Assembly: GCA_964630525.1 (NCBI GenBank)
Contig: CAZVUY010000001.1
Span: 114,901-178,900, forward strand
Length of the DNA stretch: 64,000 nt
Reading direction: 5' to 3'
Source of the DNA: an uncultured Candidatus Saccharibacteria bacterium
Lineage (GTDB): Bacteria > Patescibacteriota > Minisyncoccia > Phycocordibacterales > WO2-35-19
Below, in pieces: positions 1 through 9,346 of this stretch; the stretch's first letter is position 1, and each line of letters begins with the position of its first letter. The notes under the pieces are model-generated. The model was given only the letters and a program-made list of their open reading frames with translations. It searched no databases and was not told the origin of the DNA. Both the position numbers and the translations under genes were made by a program.

Positions 1-308
1 CTAGTATTATCAGTGTGATAATAGCCACGATAGTATCTGTCCTTATTGCTGGGGGAATTTTCATACTATCACCTTTCAAAAAAGAACCACATCACCATTA
101 GGAGCACTGCAGCAACAATGCCCAGCACGGTGGTATATTTTATCTGCGGATCTTCCTGGATTTTCATTCAAATACCAACCCTTTCTTGACGCATTATATC
201 ATAAAAATTAGCAAAAACAATGACGTGTATTTATTATTGTTTGCCCAATTAAAACATTCAGTATATTGATGCTAAAAATCTTGTTTATGTTATAATTGGG
301 TCATGAGT

Positions 309-379
309 CCCGTAGTGAATTTTGGCTATAATTCCTACGGAATCAGTTACAAAATAACTTAGCCAAAATCTACTACGGG
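309..379 (+). repeat. ~70-bp miniature element with ~18-bp terminal inverted repeats (copy 1), ending directly at the ATG of the downstream gene
   Basis: The left arm cccgtagtgaattttggc and the right arm gccaaaatctactacggg are reverse complements with 2 mismatches. An inner palindrome attcctacggaat is present. A near-identical copy lies at 11843-11909. Confidence 0.6.
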
Positions 380-745
380 ATGAGAAACGATATAGATACA
401 AACTATTTCAAGGGGAAGCTCGAGGAGGAGTTGGTTTTGGTAGAAAAAGAGCTCAACGATGTTGGACGTAAAAACCCCGACAACGCCAAAGACTGGGAAG
501 CGGAACCGGCAGACTTAGACACCAGCACCGCTGATGATAGTGAAACCGCCGACAAAATAGAAGAGTTCGAGGGAAATACCGCCATTCTAAAAGAGCTCGA
601 AATCAGATACAACGATATCAAAGACGCTCTCGCTAAAATAGAAAAAGAGGAATATGGTTTTTGCGAAGTTTGCGGTGCGCCAATCGAAGAAGATCGTCTC
701 AAAGCCAATCAGGCCGCCCGCACTTGCAAAACTCATATGCAATAA
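380..745 (+). CDS. DksA/TraR-family C4 zinc-finger protein
   Basis: The C-terminal motif CEVCGAPIEEDRLKANQAARTCKTHMQ (CxxC...C) and an acidic coiled-coil N-terminus are typical of DksA/TraR. Confidence 0.6.
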   Translation: MRNDIDTNYFKGKLEEELVLVEKELNDVGRKNPDNAKDWEAEPADLDTSTADDSETADKIEEFEGNTAILKELEIRYNDIKDALAKIEKEEYGFCEVCGAPIEEDRLKANQAARTCKTHMQ

Positions 746-766
746 TGATTAAAAGATTGAACTATC

Positions 767-2302
767 ATGTCCTACGCGAAAGTTCACAGCGCTCAGGCAC
801 ACCTACTAAAACCTTATATTGTTGACGTGGAAGCAGACCTCTCGCGGGGTCTGAATTCGTTTTCGATCGTTGGGTTGGGGGACAAGGCAGTCGATGAGGC
901 TAAAGACCGGATCAGTGCTGCAGTCAAAAATACCGGCTTCGAATCTCCCAAGTCCAAAAATCACAAGGTAGTGATTTCTCTAGCGCCAGCTGAGATCAGG
1001 AAGGAGGGCTCGGGTTTGGATGTAGCCATCGCCCTCTCTTATCTTCTAGCCAGCGGCGAGGTGGTTTTTGATCCAACTGACAAAATATTTTTGGGCGAAC
1101 TCTCACTCGACGGATCGCTGCGATCAGTGAGAGGTGCTTTGGCCTTTGCTCGCAAAGCCAAAGAGGCCGGCTTTAAAGAAGTCTACTTGCCAGTGGAAAA
1201 TACGACTGAAGCCGCGCTGGTGCATGGGATTCGTATTTTTGGAGCGGGCACCCTACAAGAAATAATCAACCATATCGCTCGAGACGCCGATGTGAAGCAA
1301 AAAATAAAACCAGAAAAACCGAGAGAGATTAGAAACACTCAGGAAATAATTTCAGACCTCGCTGATATCAAAGGTCAGGAGGCAGCCAAGCGCGCACTGG
1401 AGATCGCCGCGGCTGGTGGCCACAACATTGCTCTCTACGGCCCACCAGGGACAGGGAAGACCATGCTCGCTCGAGCCTTATCGAGCATTTTGCCCCCACT
1501 TTCGGCAGAGGAAATTTTTGAAGTAACAGAGATTCATTCGATGATCGGTGCACTGGATTATGATCTGCTCTCGGTCCGACCTTTTCGTTCACCACACCAC
1601 ACCGCTTCTCATGTAGCGATCATTGGGGGTGGCAGCAATCCGCGCCCCGGCGAAGTGACTCTGGCTCACAAAGGAGTTCTGTTCTTGGATGAATTTCCTG
1701 AATTTGAAAACAAAGCGATCGAAGCGTTAAGAGAGCCGTTGGAAGAAAGAGTGGTCTCGGTTTCTCGAGCCAAAGGCACGGTCAAATTTCCCGCTCACTT
1801 TATTTTGGTCGCCGCCATGAACCCTTGCCCTTGCGGCAACTTCGGCATCAAAGGCAAACCTTGCACCTGTTCGCCTCTCCAAATAGAAAGATACAAGCGC
1901 AAAATATCGGGACCTATTATTGACCGCATTGACATCTGGACCGAAGTTTCCAAAGTCGATCACGACAAGCTTACTGAAAAATCGGAGAAGAGTGAAAGTT
2001 TGCTGGCACGCGCGAGAGTTCTGCGAGCGAGAGATATCCAAAGCAAGAGATTTAAATTGGCAGGTCGCCAGATCGACACCAACGCAGAGATGAACGCTCG
2101 CGATATCGCCTCGATTTTAGAAATATCAGAAGAAGTCAAAGATATTTTGAACCGCTCCGCCAAGACTCTCGACCTCTCCGCCCGCTCCTATCATAAAATA
2201 ATCAAGCTCGCCCGCACCATCGCCGACCTGCAATCTAGTGCCGAAATCGCCCCTGCCCACCTCCTCGAAGCCATCTCTTATCGGCCTAAACAAAATCGCT
2301 AA
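767..2302 (+). CDS. comM: ComM/YifB Mg-chelatase-like AAA+ ATPase (competence-associated)
   Basis: An N-terminal Lon-like domain, the Walker A GPPGTGKT, the Walker B LFLDEF, a CxxC zinc ribbon and the C-terminal Mg-chelatase subunit ChlI-like region are all present. Confidence 0.8.
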   Translation: MSYAKVHSAQAHLLKPYIVDVEADLSRGLNSFSIVGLGDKAVDEAKDRISAAVKNTGFESPKSKNHKVVISLAPAEIRKEGSGLDVAIALSYLLASGEVVFDPTDKIFLGELSLDGSLRSVRGALAFARKAKEAGFKEVYLPVENTTEAALVHGIRIFGAGTLQEIINHIARDADVKQKIKPEKPREIRNTQEIISDLADIKGQEAAKRALEIAAAGGHNIALYGPPGTGKTMLARALSSILPPLSAEEIFEVTEIHSMIGALDYDLLSVRPFRSPHHTASHVAIIGGGSNPRPGEVTLAHKGVLFLDEFPEFENKAIEALREPLEERVVSVSRAKGTVKFPAHFILVAAMNPCPCGNFGIKGKPCTCSPLQIERYKRKISGPIIDRIDIWTEVSKVDHDKLTEKSEKSESLLARARVLRARDIQSKRFKLAGRQIDTNAEMNARDIASILEISEEVKDILNRSAKTLDLSARSYHKIIKLARTIADLQSSAEIAPAHLLEAISYRPKQNR

Positions 2303-2342
2303 TAAAATTTACTTTTCACCCAAAAACGATACTATGTATTGA

Positions 2343-3266
2343 ATGAGGAAATTTTTTATACTGATCGGTGTTATTGTGGGTTTAACACTTTTATATTTCA
2401 TCTCCCCCAAACAAGAATCTAAAATCTTTTTTGTCGGAGATATGTTTTTTGATAGACATATCAGAAAGGCAATGTACGCCAAAGGGGAAGACTACATTTT
2501 TTCTTGCATTGGTGATTTTTTGAAAGAGGCTGATTTGGTGGTCGGCAATTTGGAAGGTCCGGTCACCGAAAATGCTTCGGTCAGTCTCTTGAGCCAAGTG
2601 GGAGCACCAGACAATTTTACTTTTACTTTCCCGACCAATGTTCCAAAGCTTTTGGCCAAAAATAATATAAAAGTGGTTAGCCTTGGCAACAACCACATCG
2701 GCAATTTTGGCAAAGAAGGAATATTGTCGACCAGAAAGTTTTTGGCGGAAGCTGGGGTGGAATATTTTGGCGGTCTCTCTGGTGATGAACCAATACATCA
2801 AACCAAGATTGGGGGGCAGCAGATCAGTTTCATTGCTTACAACGAATTTGGCGGCGAAAGCAAGGAGAAAGTAGCAGAAAAAATAAAAAGTGAAAAAGCC
2901 GCTGGCCAAAAAGTGATCGTTTTTGCCCACTGGGGCGAAGAATACACATCACCTCCACAGCGAGTTAAAGATGCAGCCAGACTTTTTGCGGAAAATGGGG
3001 CTGATTTTATCGTCGGCGCTCATCCTCATGTTGTTTTAAATTCTGAAATCATTCCAATAGGATTTGAAGTCTCACCGACCGCAACTGGAGTCAGAAATGT
3101 CCCCGTTTACTATTCGCTCGGCAACTTCATTTTTGACCAATATTGGAATAAAGAAGTTTCGACAGGTTTGGTTTTGGAAGTAAAAATAAAGGGAAATGAT
3201 TTAGATATCACAGAACATGAAGTTTCAATAGGAAAGGATGGGAGAACGTGCCTGCTGAGAAACTAG
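2343..3266 (+). CDS. CapA/PgsA-family metallophosphatase-like protein (poly-gamma-glutamate capsule synthesis family)
   Basis: An N-terminal TM segment and the motifs GDMFFDRH, GNLEGP and GNNH match a CapA-type calcineurin-like fold. Confidence 0.55.
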   Translation: MRKFFILIGVIVGLTLLYFISPKQESKIFFVGDMFFDRHIRKAMYAKGEDYIFSCIGDFLKEADLVVGNLEGPVTENASVSLLSQVGAPDNFTFTFPTNVPKLLAKNNIKVVSLGNNHIGNFGKEGILSTRKFLAEAGVEYFGGLSGDEPIHQTKIGGQQISFIAYNEFGGESKEKVAEKIKSEKAAGQKVIVFAHWGEEYTSPPQRVKDAARLFAENGADFIVGAHPHVVLNSEIIPIGFEVSPTATGVRNVPVYYSLGNFIFDQYWNKEVSTGLVLEVKIKGNDLDITEHEVSIGKDGRTCLLRN

Positions 3267-3347
3267 GATTTTAAATATTCGACTTAATTATATTTATGTT
3301 TTGAGCTATTGATTTTTTGATGATTATTATGTACAATAATAATCATT

Positions 3348-4481
3348 ATGAAGATAGCCACAAACATCAAGAGGGAATTGGTCGGCGGTATAACCAACAC
3401 CGTACTTAGCCTTGTTAATCATTTGCACAAATTTGATGACCAATTTATAGGTATCGAGGTTGCTACTCAAATGTGCATGAAGGGACCGACCATGTTTAGA
3501 GTACTATCACCCGAATGGTTTGAGCACCATATAGTAAATATTCACCACCTTCCATTATCAGGGACCATAATCAAATCTAAAACTTTAAAAGAGATTGAGG
3601 ATTGTTATAAAGAACCGATTTTGGCGATTCGAAGAATTTTACGAGAAACAAAGCCGGATGTTTTGCTACTTAGTGGCACATACCATCTGCCTTGGCTCAT
3701 ATCTATAGCGGCCAAAAAAGAAAAGGTTCCGATTGTACTATGGTACGCTGGTATATACACACGAGAAACAAGCCACCATAAACCAGAAATCAGTAAAATA
3801 TACTCTCAAATGGAAAAATCAATAGTAAAAAGAGCAAAAAAAATAATTTTTCCATCAAAATTGTGTCGAACGGTGGTCGAAAAAGAGGTGGTTGGTAGAA
3901 AATTAAAAAAGAGTTTCGTCATCCCAAATCCAATATCAAGCGTTTTTACTGATTTAAACGTGGTTGGCAATTCTCTGGAAAGAAGAATCGCGGCTGTTGG
4001 ACGTTACTCAAAAATAAAAAATTTTCAGGCGTTTTTTGACTTACACAAAAAACTTAAGCAAAAAAAGTGGTATCATACTGCCTCTTTTGTTACTAACCAT
4101 AGTCAAAAAATTAAAGGTTTGCCTAAAGATGTAAACGTACTACCACCAATGCATCACGAGGGTCTAAAAGAATTTTATCTTACTCAAGGTCTCGTGATCT
4201 GCCCGTCTACTTTTGAAACCTTTGGCAACGTTCCAATGGAAGCCGCTTGTCTTGGGATACCAGTACTTGTGAGCGAAAATATGGGCTGCTCTGAAATACT
4301 AAAACAAGTTGGGTTGGACAACATGATAATTTCTTTTAGCGATATAGACAAAGTGACTGATCGCGTCATTCAGCTTTGTGGTCAACATATATTACCAAAA
4401 CAGTTAAACGCTTTGAAAAAAATTCTTGATTACCATTTTATAGGAGAAGAAATAAAAGCTGTTTTACAATCTGCAATTTAG
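3348..4481 (+). CDS. Glycosyltransferase family 1 (GT4-like)
   Basis: The C-terminal FETFGNVPMEAACLGIPVLVSE motif matches the EX7E region of GT1 enzymes. Confidence 0.65.
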   Translation: MKIATNIKRELVGGITNTVLSLVNHLHKFDDQFIGIEVATQMCMKGPTMFRVLSPEWFEHHIVNIHHLPLSGTIIKSKTLKEIEDCYKEPILAIRRILRETKPDVLLLSGTYHLPWLISIAAKKEKVPIVLWYAGIYTRETSHHKPEISKIYSQMEKSIVKRAKKIIFPSKLCRTVVEKEVVGRKLKKSFVIPNPISSVFTDLNVVGNSLERRIAAVGRYSKIKNFQAFFDLHKKLKQKKWYHTASFVTNHSQKIKGLPKDVNVLPPMHHEGLKEFYLTQGLVICPSTFETFGNVPMEAACLGIPVLVSENMGCSEILKQVGLDNMIISFSDIDKVTDRVIQLCGQHILPKQLNALKKILDYHFIGEEIKAVLQSAI

Positions 4482-4687
4482 CTATAGTAAAAAGCGAAGT
4501 GGCGCTCGCACCGCGTAGCTTTGGAGCGTAGCGGAGGAGTGAAGTGGTGGAGATGTTCGATACGCCTACCTCGCAATGCCAAAGCTTCAGCGAAGGATTG
4601 GCGAACTTTGGTTGAGGAGGTATATAAATCATTAGTGATAGGGGAATTGGAAATTTAAATAAAAAGAAAGCCACCCCGATCGTACAA

Positions 4688-5380
4688 TCAAAAGAGGTGA
4701 CTTATAAATCCAACGATAGACCGCAGAGCTTTGACTAGATATGGTTGCAAGAACTTTTCAGGTTCACCGACAATTCGCAAGCTAAACGAGTGGTAGATTA
4801 TAATTACCGAAACAGCAACCATCCCAATCAAAGCAAGAAGCGTCAAACACCGATGCAAATAACTAAGCTTAGAGATTTGAGACGGGGTAACAACTGCGCG
4901 GATCAATTTTCTGCCATCGTTGTTTATTCCCCAGACGCTAAGTAGATTACTCAACTCCAGGAAAGCGGCGAGGCAAGCCCCGATGATCACGTCCTCGTAT
5001 TTCCCAAACTCTCCACACGAAAAGATTAGGAGGCTAAACGCAAGACCAAACACGGGTCCCGTAGCGGTGGAAAAATTTCCTGATTCCCAGTTTCTAATTC
5101 TGGTCTTGTAAACGCAGAGCCCTCCAAACCACGGGAACAAGTAAATTCCACGAACCGGGATACCTTTTTGGTTTGCGCCAACCGCGTGGCCTATTTCGTG
5201 CATCCAGAGTCCCAAGAAAATAAGCAAGGCTATGGGGGCCCTGAAAACCAACCAATATGAGGCAAGGCATGTTGCTGCGAGAAAAATCTTGCCACAAGGG
5301 ATCTTGTCAACAAGTCTGCAGGTAAACTCTTGAATTTTGGTCACCTTACACCACCTTTCTTCTAAGGTAGATAGAATCAA
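4688..5380 (-). CDS. Polytopic membrane zinc metalloprotease-like protein (HExxH in a TM segment, M50/site-2 protease-like)
   Basis: It has the motif MHEIGHAVGA and several hydrophobic helices. Confidence 0.45.
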   Translation of the reverse strand: MILSTLEERWCKVTKIQEFTCRLVDKIPCGKIFLAATCLASYWLVFRAPIALLIFLGLWMHEIGHAVGANQKGIPVRGIYLFPWFGGLCVYKTRIRNWESGNFSTATGPVFGLAFSLLIFSCGEFGKYEDVIIGACLAAFLELSNLLSVWGINNDGRKLIRAVVTPSQISKLSYLHRCLTLLALIGMVAVSVIIIYHSFSLRIVGEPEKFLQPYLVKALRSIVGFISHLF

Positions 5381-5545
5381 AAAAATGGATAAATGTCAAT
5401 ATTAGAGATTACGGGATAAAGGCAAACTCACAATAGGTCTAAAAATAGGCGTATTTTAGAATGTTTGAAATTCAATTAAATATTGGAAAACAAAGGCGAA
5501 AGGAAAAACCCTTCGATAAACTCAGGGTCCTACAAAAATATAGTC

Positions 5546-5570
5546 GCAAAAAATCCGCCTAACGGCGGAC
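5546..5570 (-). terminator. Rho-independent terminator downstream of tmRNA
   Basis: The minus strand reads AGTCCGCC-GTTA-GGCGGA followed by TTTTTT. Confidence 0.6.
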
Positions 5571-5588
5571 TTTTACTCCTTATTTTTG

Positions 5589-6013
5589 TGGAGAAGGGGG
5601 CATTGAAGCCCCATCCAGATAAGTTTTAACAATGTTTCTACGCGATATATTCAACTTTGTTTCCGCCGATGAGACGGAAAATTCGACGCTTGTTCTTTAA
5701 AATTGAAGAAACAAACAAACGTCTAGTTTTTTAGTTCAAACATAGAGTAAACACTTTCCATGTCCTAAGTCCGATTTATTACAATTATTTCTTCCTCCGG
5801 ACGAAGAAAGAATAACCGTCGTTTAGGCCTGAACTTAATTAAGCTCGAGCGTAAGCGAAAGCAAAGTCATTGACTCCAAAGTATGGAGAAACAACGCCTT
5901 TTGCTTTTGCAACAATGTTTTCAGCATTTATTGCTTTCTCACCTTTTTAAGAGTTATGAGAGCTCTACCGCGCACATTGTCAAAGATCCTACCTGTCTAA
6001 ACCTTTCATCCCC
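5589..6013 (-). ncRNA. ssrA: tmRNA (ssrA)
   Basis: The minus strand begins GGGGAUGAAAGGUUUAGACAGG, matching the tmRNA 5' consensus GGGG.UG....GGUUU.GACAGG. The 3' end is a T-arm GGGGC-UUCAAU-GCCCC followed by the acceptor CUUCUCC and discriminator A, giving G3:U70 alanine identity. CCA is not encoded. The internal reading frame runs ...GUC AAU GAC UUU GCU UUC GCU UAC GCU CGA GCU UAA. The gene lies directly downstream of smpB on the same strand. Confidence 0.8.
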
Positions 6014-6117
6014 AAACTATTTTTTTAATTACATTTATTAAAAAAATAATTTGGGGCCCGAGGAGCACATGACGAGGGCCTGCTCTCAGGAACTTTTGAT
6101 TTTTACCTCTATACTAG

Positions 6118-6561
6118 CTACTTGCTACTAGATTCTCTTCTCATTTCTCTCTCCGTATCCCTTTTCTTGATCGTCTCGCGCTTATCAAACTTCTTCTTGC
6201 CGCGGACGATCGCGATCTCGAGTTTCAATTTTCTCCCCTTATTATACACCGAGATTGGCACTATTGTCAATCCTTTCTGAGCTTCCTCTTTGCTTAGGTG
6301 CTCTATTTCTTTTTTGGTGAGAAGGAGTCGCCGAGTCCGGAGGGGGTCGTATTCCTTAGGGGTGTTGGCTGGTTGGTAGGGAGGGATCTGCATATTGAGG
6401 ATAAAGGCTTCATTGCCGCGCACCGTTACGTGAGCGCCCTCGAGAGAACCTTGGCTATTTTTGAGAGATTTCACCTCAAAACCAAGCAGCTCAATACCAG
6501 CCTCGATTTTTTCGAGAATTTCGTAGTTAAAATGGGCTTTTTTGCTTTGAATAAGGGGCAT
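6118..6561 (-). CDS. smpB: SsrA-binding protein SmpB
   Basis: The whole-length sequence is characteristic of SmpB (KKAHFNYEILEKIEAGIELLGFEVKS...). Its C-terminal basic tail reads KKKFDKRETIKKR. Confidence 0.9.
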   Translation of the reverse strand: MPLIQSKKAHFNYEILEKIEAGIELLGFEVKSLKNSQGSLEGAHVTVRGNEAFILNMQIPPYQPANTPKEYDPLRTRRLLLTKKEIEHLSKEEAQKGLTIVPISVYNKGRKLKLEIAIVRGKKKFDKRETIKKRDTEREMRRESSSK

Positions 6562-6601
6562 GCTCGTAATATTAGCATTTTCGTGCTATGATTGCCCCAA
6601 C

Positions 6602-8521
6602 ATGGCTAAAAACCAAAAATCTAATACGCCACCCAAGGACCCGTTAGAGGGCGCTGGCGGCGGTTTCGGTAGTTCCTTTTTTGGTAATTTCCTGATTGGA
6701 ATTTTAATCATATTTCTTGTCATTTCCATTTATTCAGTTATTTCGGACAATAAACAAAAGGAGGAGATCAGCATTTCCGAATTGGCTAGAGCGGTGAAGG
6801 TGGGTGAGGTGAAAGAACTGCAAATAAAAAACGGCGCTGTGGAAGCTATTTTCAAAGATGAGAGCACCAAAAAATCAACCAAAGAAGACAACGCCAGTAT
6901 CGCTGAGACCCTCTCCGCTTACGGAGTGACTCCGGAAGAACTGGGTGCAATCAAGGTCAACGTCAACCAAGAAGAAGGATTCCTTTATTGGCTCGTCAAC
7001 CTTTCACCGATCCTTTTCCCGATTCTTTTCATCGCTGTCTTCATCTGGCTTATGACCAGACAAATAAAAGGGGCGGGGATGCAAGCGTTTTCTTTCGGTC
7101 AGTCACGAGCTCGACTCACTACTCCAGATGATCAGAAGCAAAAAGTTACCTTCAAAGACGTAGCTGGTTGTAAAGAAGCCAAGGAAGAACTTTCCGAAAT
7201 CGTCGATTTTCTAAAAAACCCTAAAAAGTTTTTTGAGATTGGCGCCAGAATCCCAAAAGGTATATTGCTCATGGGTGCACCTGGTACTGGTAAAACCTTG
7301 CTAGCGAGGGCGGTCGCTGGCGAAGCTGGTGTTTCTTTCTTCTCGATCTCTGGTTCGGAATTTGTCGAAATGTTTGTCGGAGTAGGAGCGAGCCGAGTGC
7401 GCGACCTTTTCTTGATCGCCAAAAAGGCGGCACCCGCTATCATTTTCATGGATGAGATTGATGCGGTCGGCCGAGTGAGAGGTGGGGGCTTAGGTGGCGG
7501 CAATGACGAGAGGGAGCAGACCCTCAACCAGATTTTGGTAGAAATGGACGGTTTTGAACCAACCGAAAAAGTGGTAGTGATGGCGGCCACCAACCGCCCA
7601 GACGTACTCGATCCAGCTCTTTTGCGACCAGGCCGATTTGATCGCAGAGTCACCATAGATCTACCGGACCGCAATGATAGGGAGGAGATCCTTAAAATCC
7701 ATGCGAAATCAAAACCGTTAGCCGAAGATGTAAACCTCTCAGTTATCGCCGAAAGAACACCTGGTTTTTCTGGGGCCGATCTTTATTCCCTGATGAATGA
7801 AGGTGCGATCCTGACAGCGAGGGAAAACAGAGGCAAAATATCTCAGTTTGACCTGATCCGCTCTATTGAGAAAGTAATGCTCGGTCCAGAACGCAGAAGT
7901 CACATCCTTTCGAAAAAAGAAAAAGAGATCACTGCTTATCATGAAGCCGGTCATGCCCTAGTCGCGAGCGCCCTACCTTATGCTGATCCGGTCCACAAAA
8001 TATCAATCATTAGCCGCGGCCGAGCTGCTGGCTACACCTTGAAACTGCCGATAGAAGACAGAAAGTTGCAATCCAAAAAAGAATTCCTGGACGATATCGC
8101 CATGTCACTTGGTGGTTATGTGACCGAAAAAATAGTTTTTGGCGATCTGACCACCGGCCCTTCCAACGATCTACAAGTTTCGACTGCCATGGCGAGAGAC
8201 ATGGTGACCAAATACGGTATGTCCGAAAATATTGGGCCCGTAGCCCTAGAAGAGGCGAGTGGCAAAGCCATCTTTGGCAAAGGAGTCAATGAGAAAGATT
8301 ATTCTGAACAGGTCGGCGCCCTTATCGATACTGAAGTCTCTAAAATTATGAAGGAGGCTTACAATAAAGCAGAGCAAATCATTACCGAGCACCGACCACT
8401 ACTCGACATTATCGCCAAAAGATTGATCGAGACAGAAACCATCGAAAGAGACGAGTTTGAAAAAATACTCATCGCAAACGGTATCCAACCAAAAAAGAAA
8501 GAGGAGGTTTCTGGCCAATAA
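6602..8521 (+). CDS. ftsH: ATP-dependent zinc metalloprotease FtsH
   Basis: It has an N-terminal TM segment, the AAA+ Walker A GAPGTGKT, the SRH region and the HEAGHAL zinc motif. The likely start is MAKNQ at 6602; the track ORF begins at 6560. Confidence 0.95.
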   Translation: MAKNQKSNTPPKDPLEGAGGGFGSSFFGNFLIGILIIFLVISIYSVISDNKQKEEISISELARAVKVGEVKELQIKNGAVEAIFKDESTKKSTKEDNASIAETLSAYGVTPEELGAIKVNVNQEEGFLYWLVNLSPILFPILFIAVFIWLMTRQIKGAGMQAFSFGQSRARLTTPDDQKQKVTFKDVAGCKEAKEELSEIVDFLKNPKKFFEIGARIPKGILLMGAPGTGKTLLARAVAGEAGVSFFSISGSEFVEMFVGVGASRVRDLFLIAKKAAPAIIFMDEIDAVGRVRGGGLGGGNDEREQTLNQILVEMDGFEPTEKVVVMAATNRPDVLDPALLRPGRFDRRVTIDLPDRNDREEILKIHAKSKPLAEDVNLSVIAERTPGFSGADLYSLMNEGAILTARENRGKISQFDLIRSIEKVMLGPERRSHILSKKEKEITAYHEAGHALVASALPYADPVHKISIISRGRAAGYTLKLPIEDRKLQSKKEFLDDIAMSLGGYVTEKIVFGDLTTGPSNDLQVSTAMARDMVTKYGMSENIGPVALEEASGKAIFGKGVNEKDYSEQVGALIDTEVSKIMKEAYNKAEQIITEHRPLLDIIAKRLIETETIERDEFEKILIANGIQPKKKEEVSGQ

Positions 8522-8592
8522 TCCAGATCTAGATTTGCTTGAGTTCAAAACTACTATAAGATTATAGTACTTGTTTAATTAAACAAAAATTA

Positions 8593-9075
8593 ATGATAAA
8601 AAACAAAAAAACTAAAGCTGGTTTTACCCTGATCGAACTTTTGGTAGTGATCGCTATTATCGGTATCCTCTCTTCCGTAGTACTCGCGAGCCTCAATATC
8701 GCAAGAAGTAGGGGGGCAGATGCAAAAGTGAAAGCTCAGATCGCAAACATTCGTTCATCGGCCGAAATTTATTCCGACACAAACAGTGGTTATAACGGCA
8801 GTGCCGGAGATATAGACGGAACAATTCTCACTTGCACTACTGCAGATTCAATGTTTCAAGATACTGATTCTGGCATGATCCAATACACTGATTTAAACAA
8901 TTATCCAGCCCCAACTACTATCAGATGCTCTTCTACCGCTGACTCTTTTGTGGTCAGTGCCTCGCTTAGTACCGCCGGCGAATTTTGGTGCGTTGATGGT
9001 AGCGGCAACTCCACTCTCATCACCGGTGTAGACCATCTCACTGCCCATCCTGACGGCGCCACCTCTTGTAGCTAA
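8593..9075 (+). CDS. Type IV pilin / pseudopilin with prepilin-type N-terminal cleavage-methylation domain
   Basis: The leader MIKNKKTKAG|FTLIELLVVIAIIGIL is a classic G|FTLIE prepilin signature. Confidence 0.8.
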   Translation: MIKNKKTKAGFTLIELLVVIAIIGILSSVVLASLNIARSRGADAKVKAQIANIRSSAEIYSDTNSGYNGSAGDIDGTILTCTTADSMFQDTDSGMIQYTDLNNYPAPTTIRCSSTADSFVVSASLSTAGEFWCVDGSGNSTLITGVDHLTAHPDGATSCS

Positions 9076-9138
9076 ATCAAATATTTGGCTAACCAAAAAT
9101 TGAAATTAGAGCTTAAAAAGGCTAGTATTTGATTACTT

Positions 9139-9215
9139 CCGCCCTTAGCTCAGTTGGTTAGAGCACAGAGCTTATACCTCTGGGGTCCCACGTTCGAATC
9201 GTGGAGGGCGGACCA
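9139..9215 (+). tRNA. tRNA, anticodon loop CUUAUAC gives anticodon UAU (Ile, AUA-decoding type)
   Basis: The cloverleaf has acceptor CCGCCCU/AGGGCGG, D-arm GCUC-AGUUGGUUA-GAGC, anticodon stem CAGAG/CUCUG, T-arm CCACG-UUCGAAU-CGUGG, discriminator A and an encoded CCA. The 1:72 pair is C:G, which is unusual. Confidence 0.6.
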
Positions 9216-9216
9216 G

Positions 9217-9291
9217 GCCGCCGTAGCTCAATGGATAGAGCAGTCCCGTCCTAAGGGAAAGATATGGGTTCGATTCCTGTCGGTGGCACCA
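9217..9291 (+). tRNA. tRNA-Arg (anticodon CCU)
   Basis: Acceptor GCCGCCG/CGGUGGC, D-arm GCUC-AAUGGAUA-GAGC, anticodon loop GUCCUAA, T-loop UUCGAUU and an encoded CCA. The overall sequence resembles known tRNA-Arg(CCU). Confidence 0.8.
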
Positions 9292-9346
9292 TGTAAAATT
9301 TGAACCATTAATTATATAATAATATTTATTATTATAATCTAATAAT

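Noticed and set aside
1-175. Two overlapping short minus-strand hydrophobic ORFs at the window start (MKIQEDPQIKYTTVLGIVAAVLLMVMWFFFER*; MKIPPAIRTDTIVAIITLII... running off the window)
   Set aside because: They are too short or truncated to support. One may be the N-terminus of a small membrane protein continuing upstream, but there is no evidence beyond hydrophobicity.
403-708. 101-aa minus-strand ORF antisense to the DksA-like gene
   Set aside because: It lies entirely inside a better-supported + strand CDS with a recognisable zinc-finger motif. It is low-complexity Ser-rich and likely spurious.
4540-4580. GTTCGAT T-loop-like motif in the GC-rich segment, considered as a tRNA
   Set aside because: I could not fold an acceptor, D-arm or anticodon arm around it. 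It is at most a tRNA remnant.
7132-7674. 180-aa minus-strand ORF inside ftsH
   Set aside because: It is antisense to the unmistakable FtsH AAA domain. Its Pro/Ser/Arg-rich composition is typical of a spurious antisense frame.
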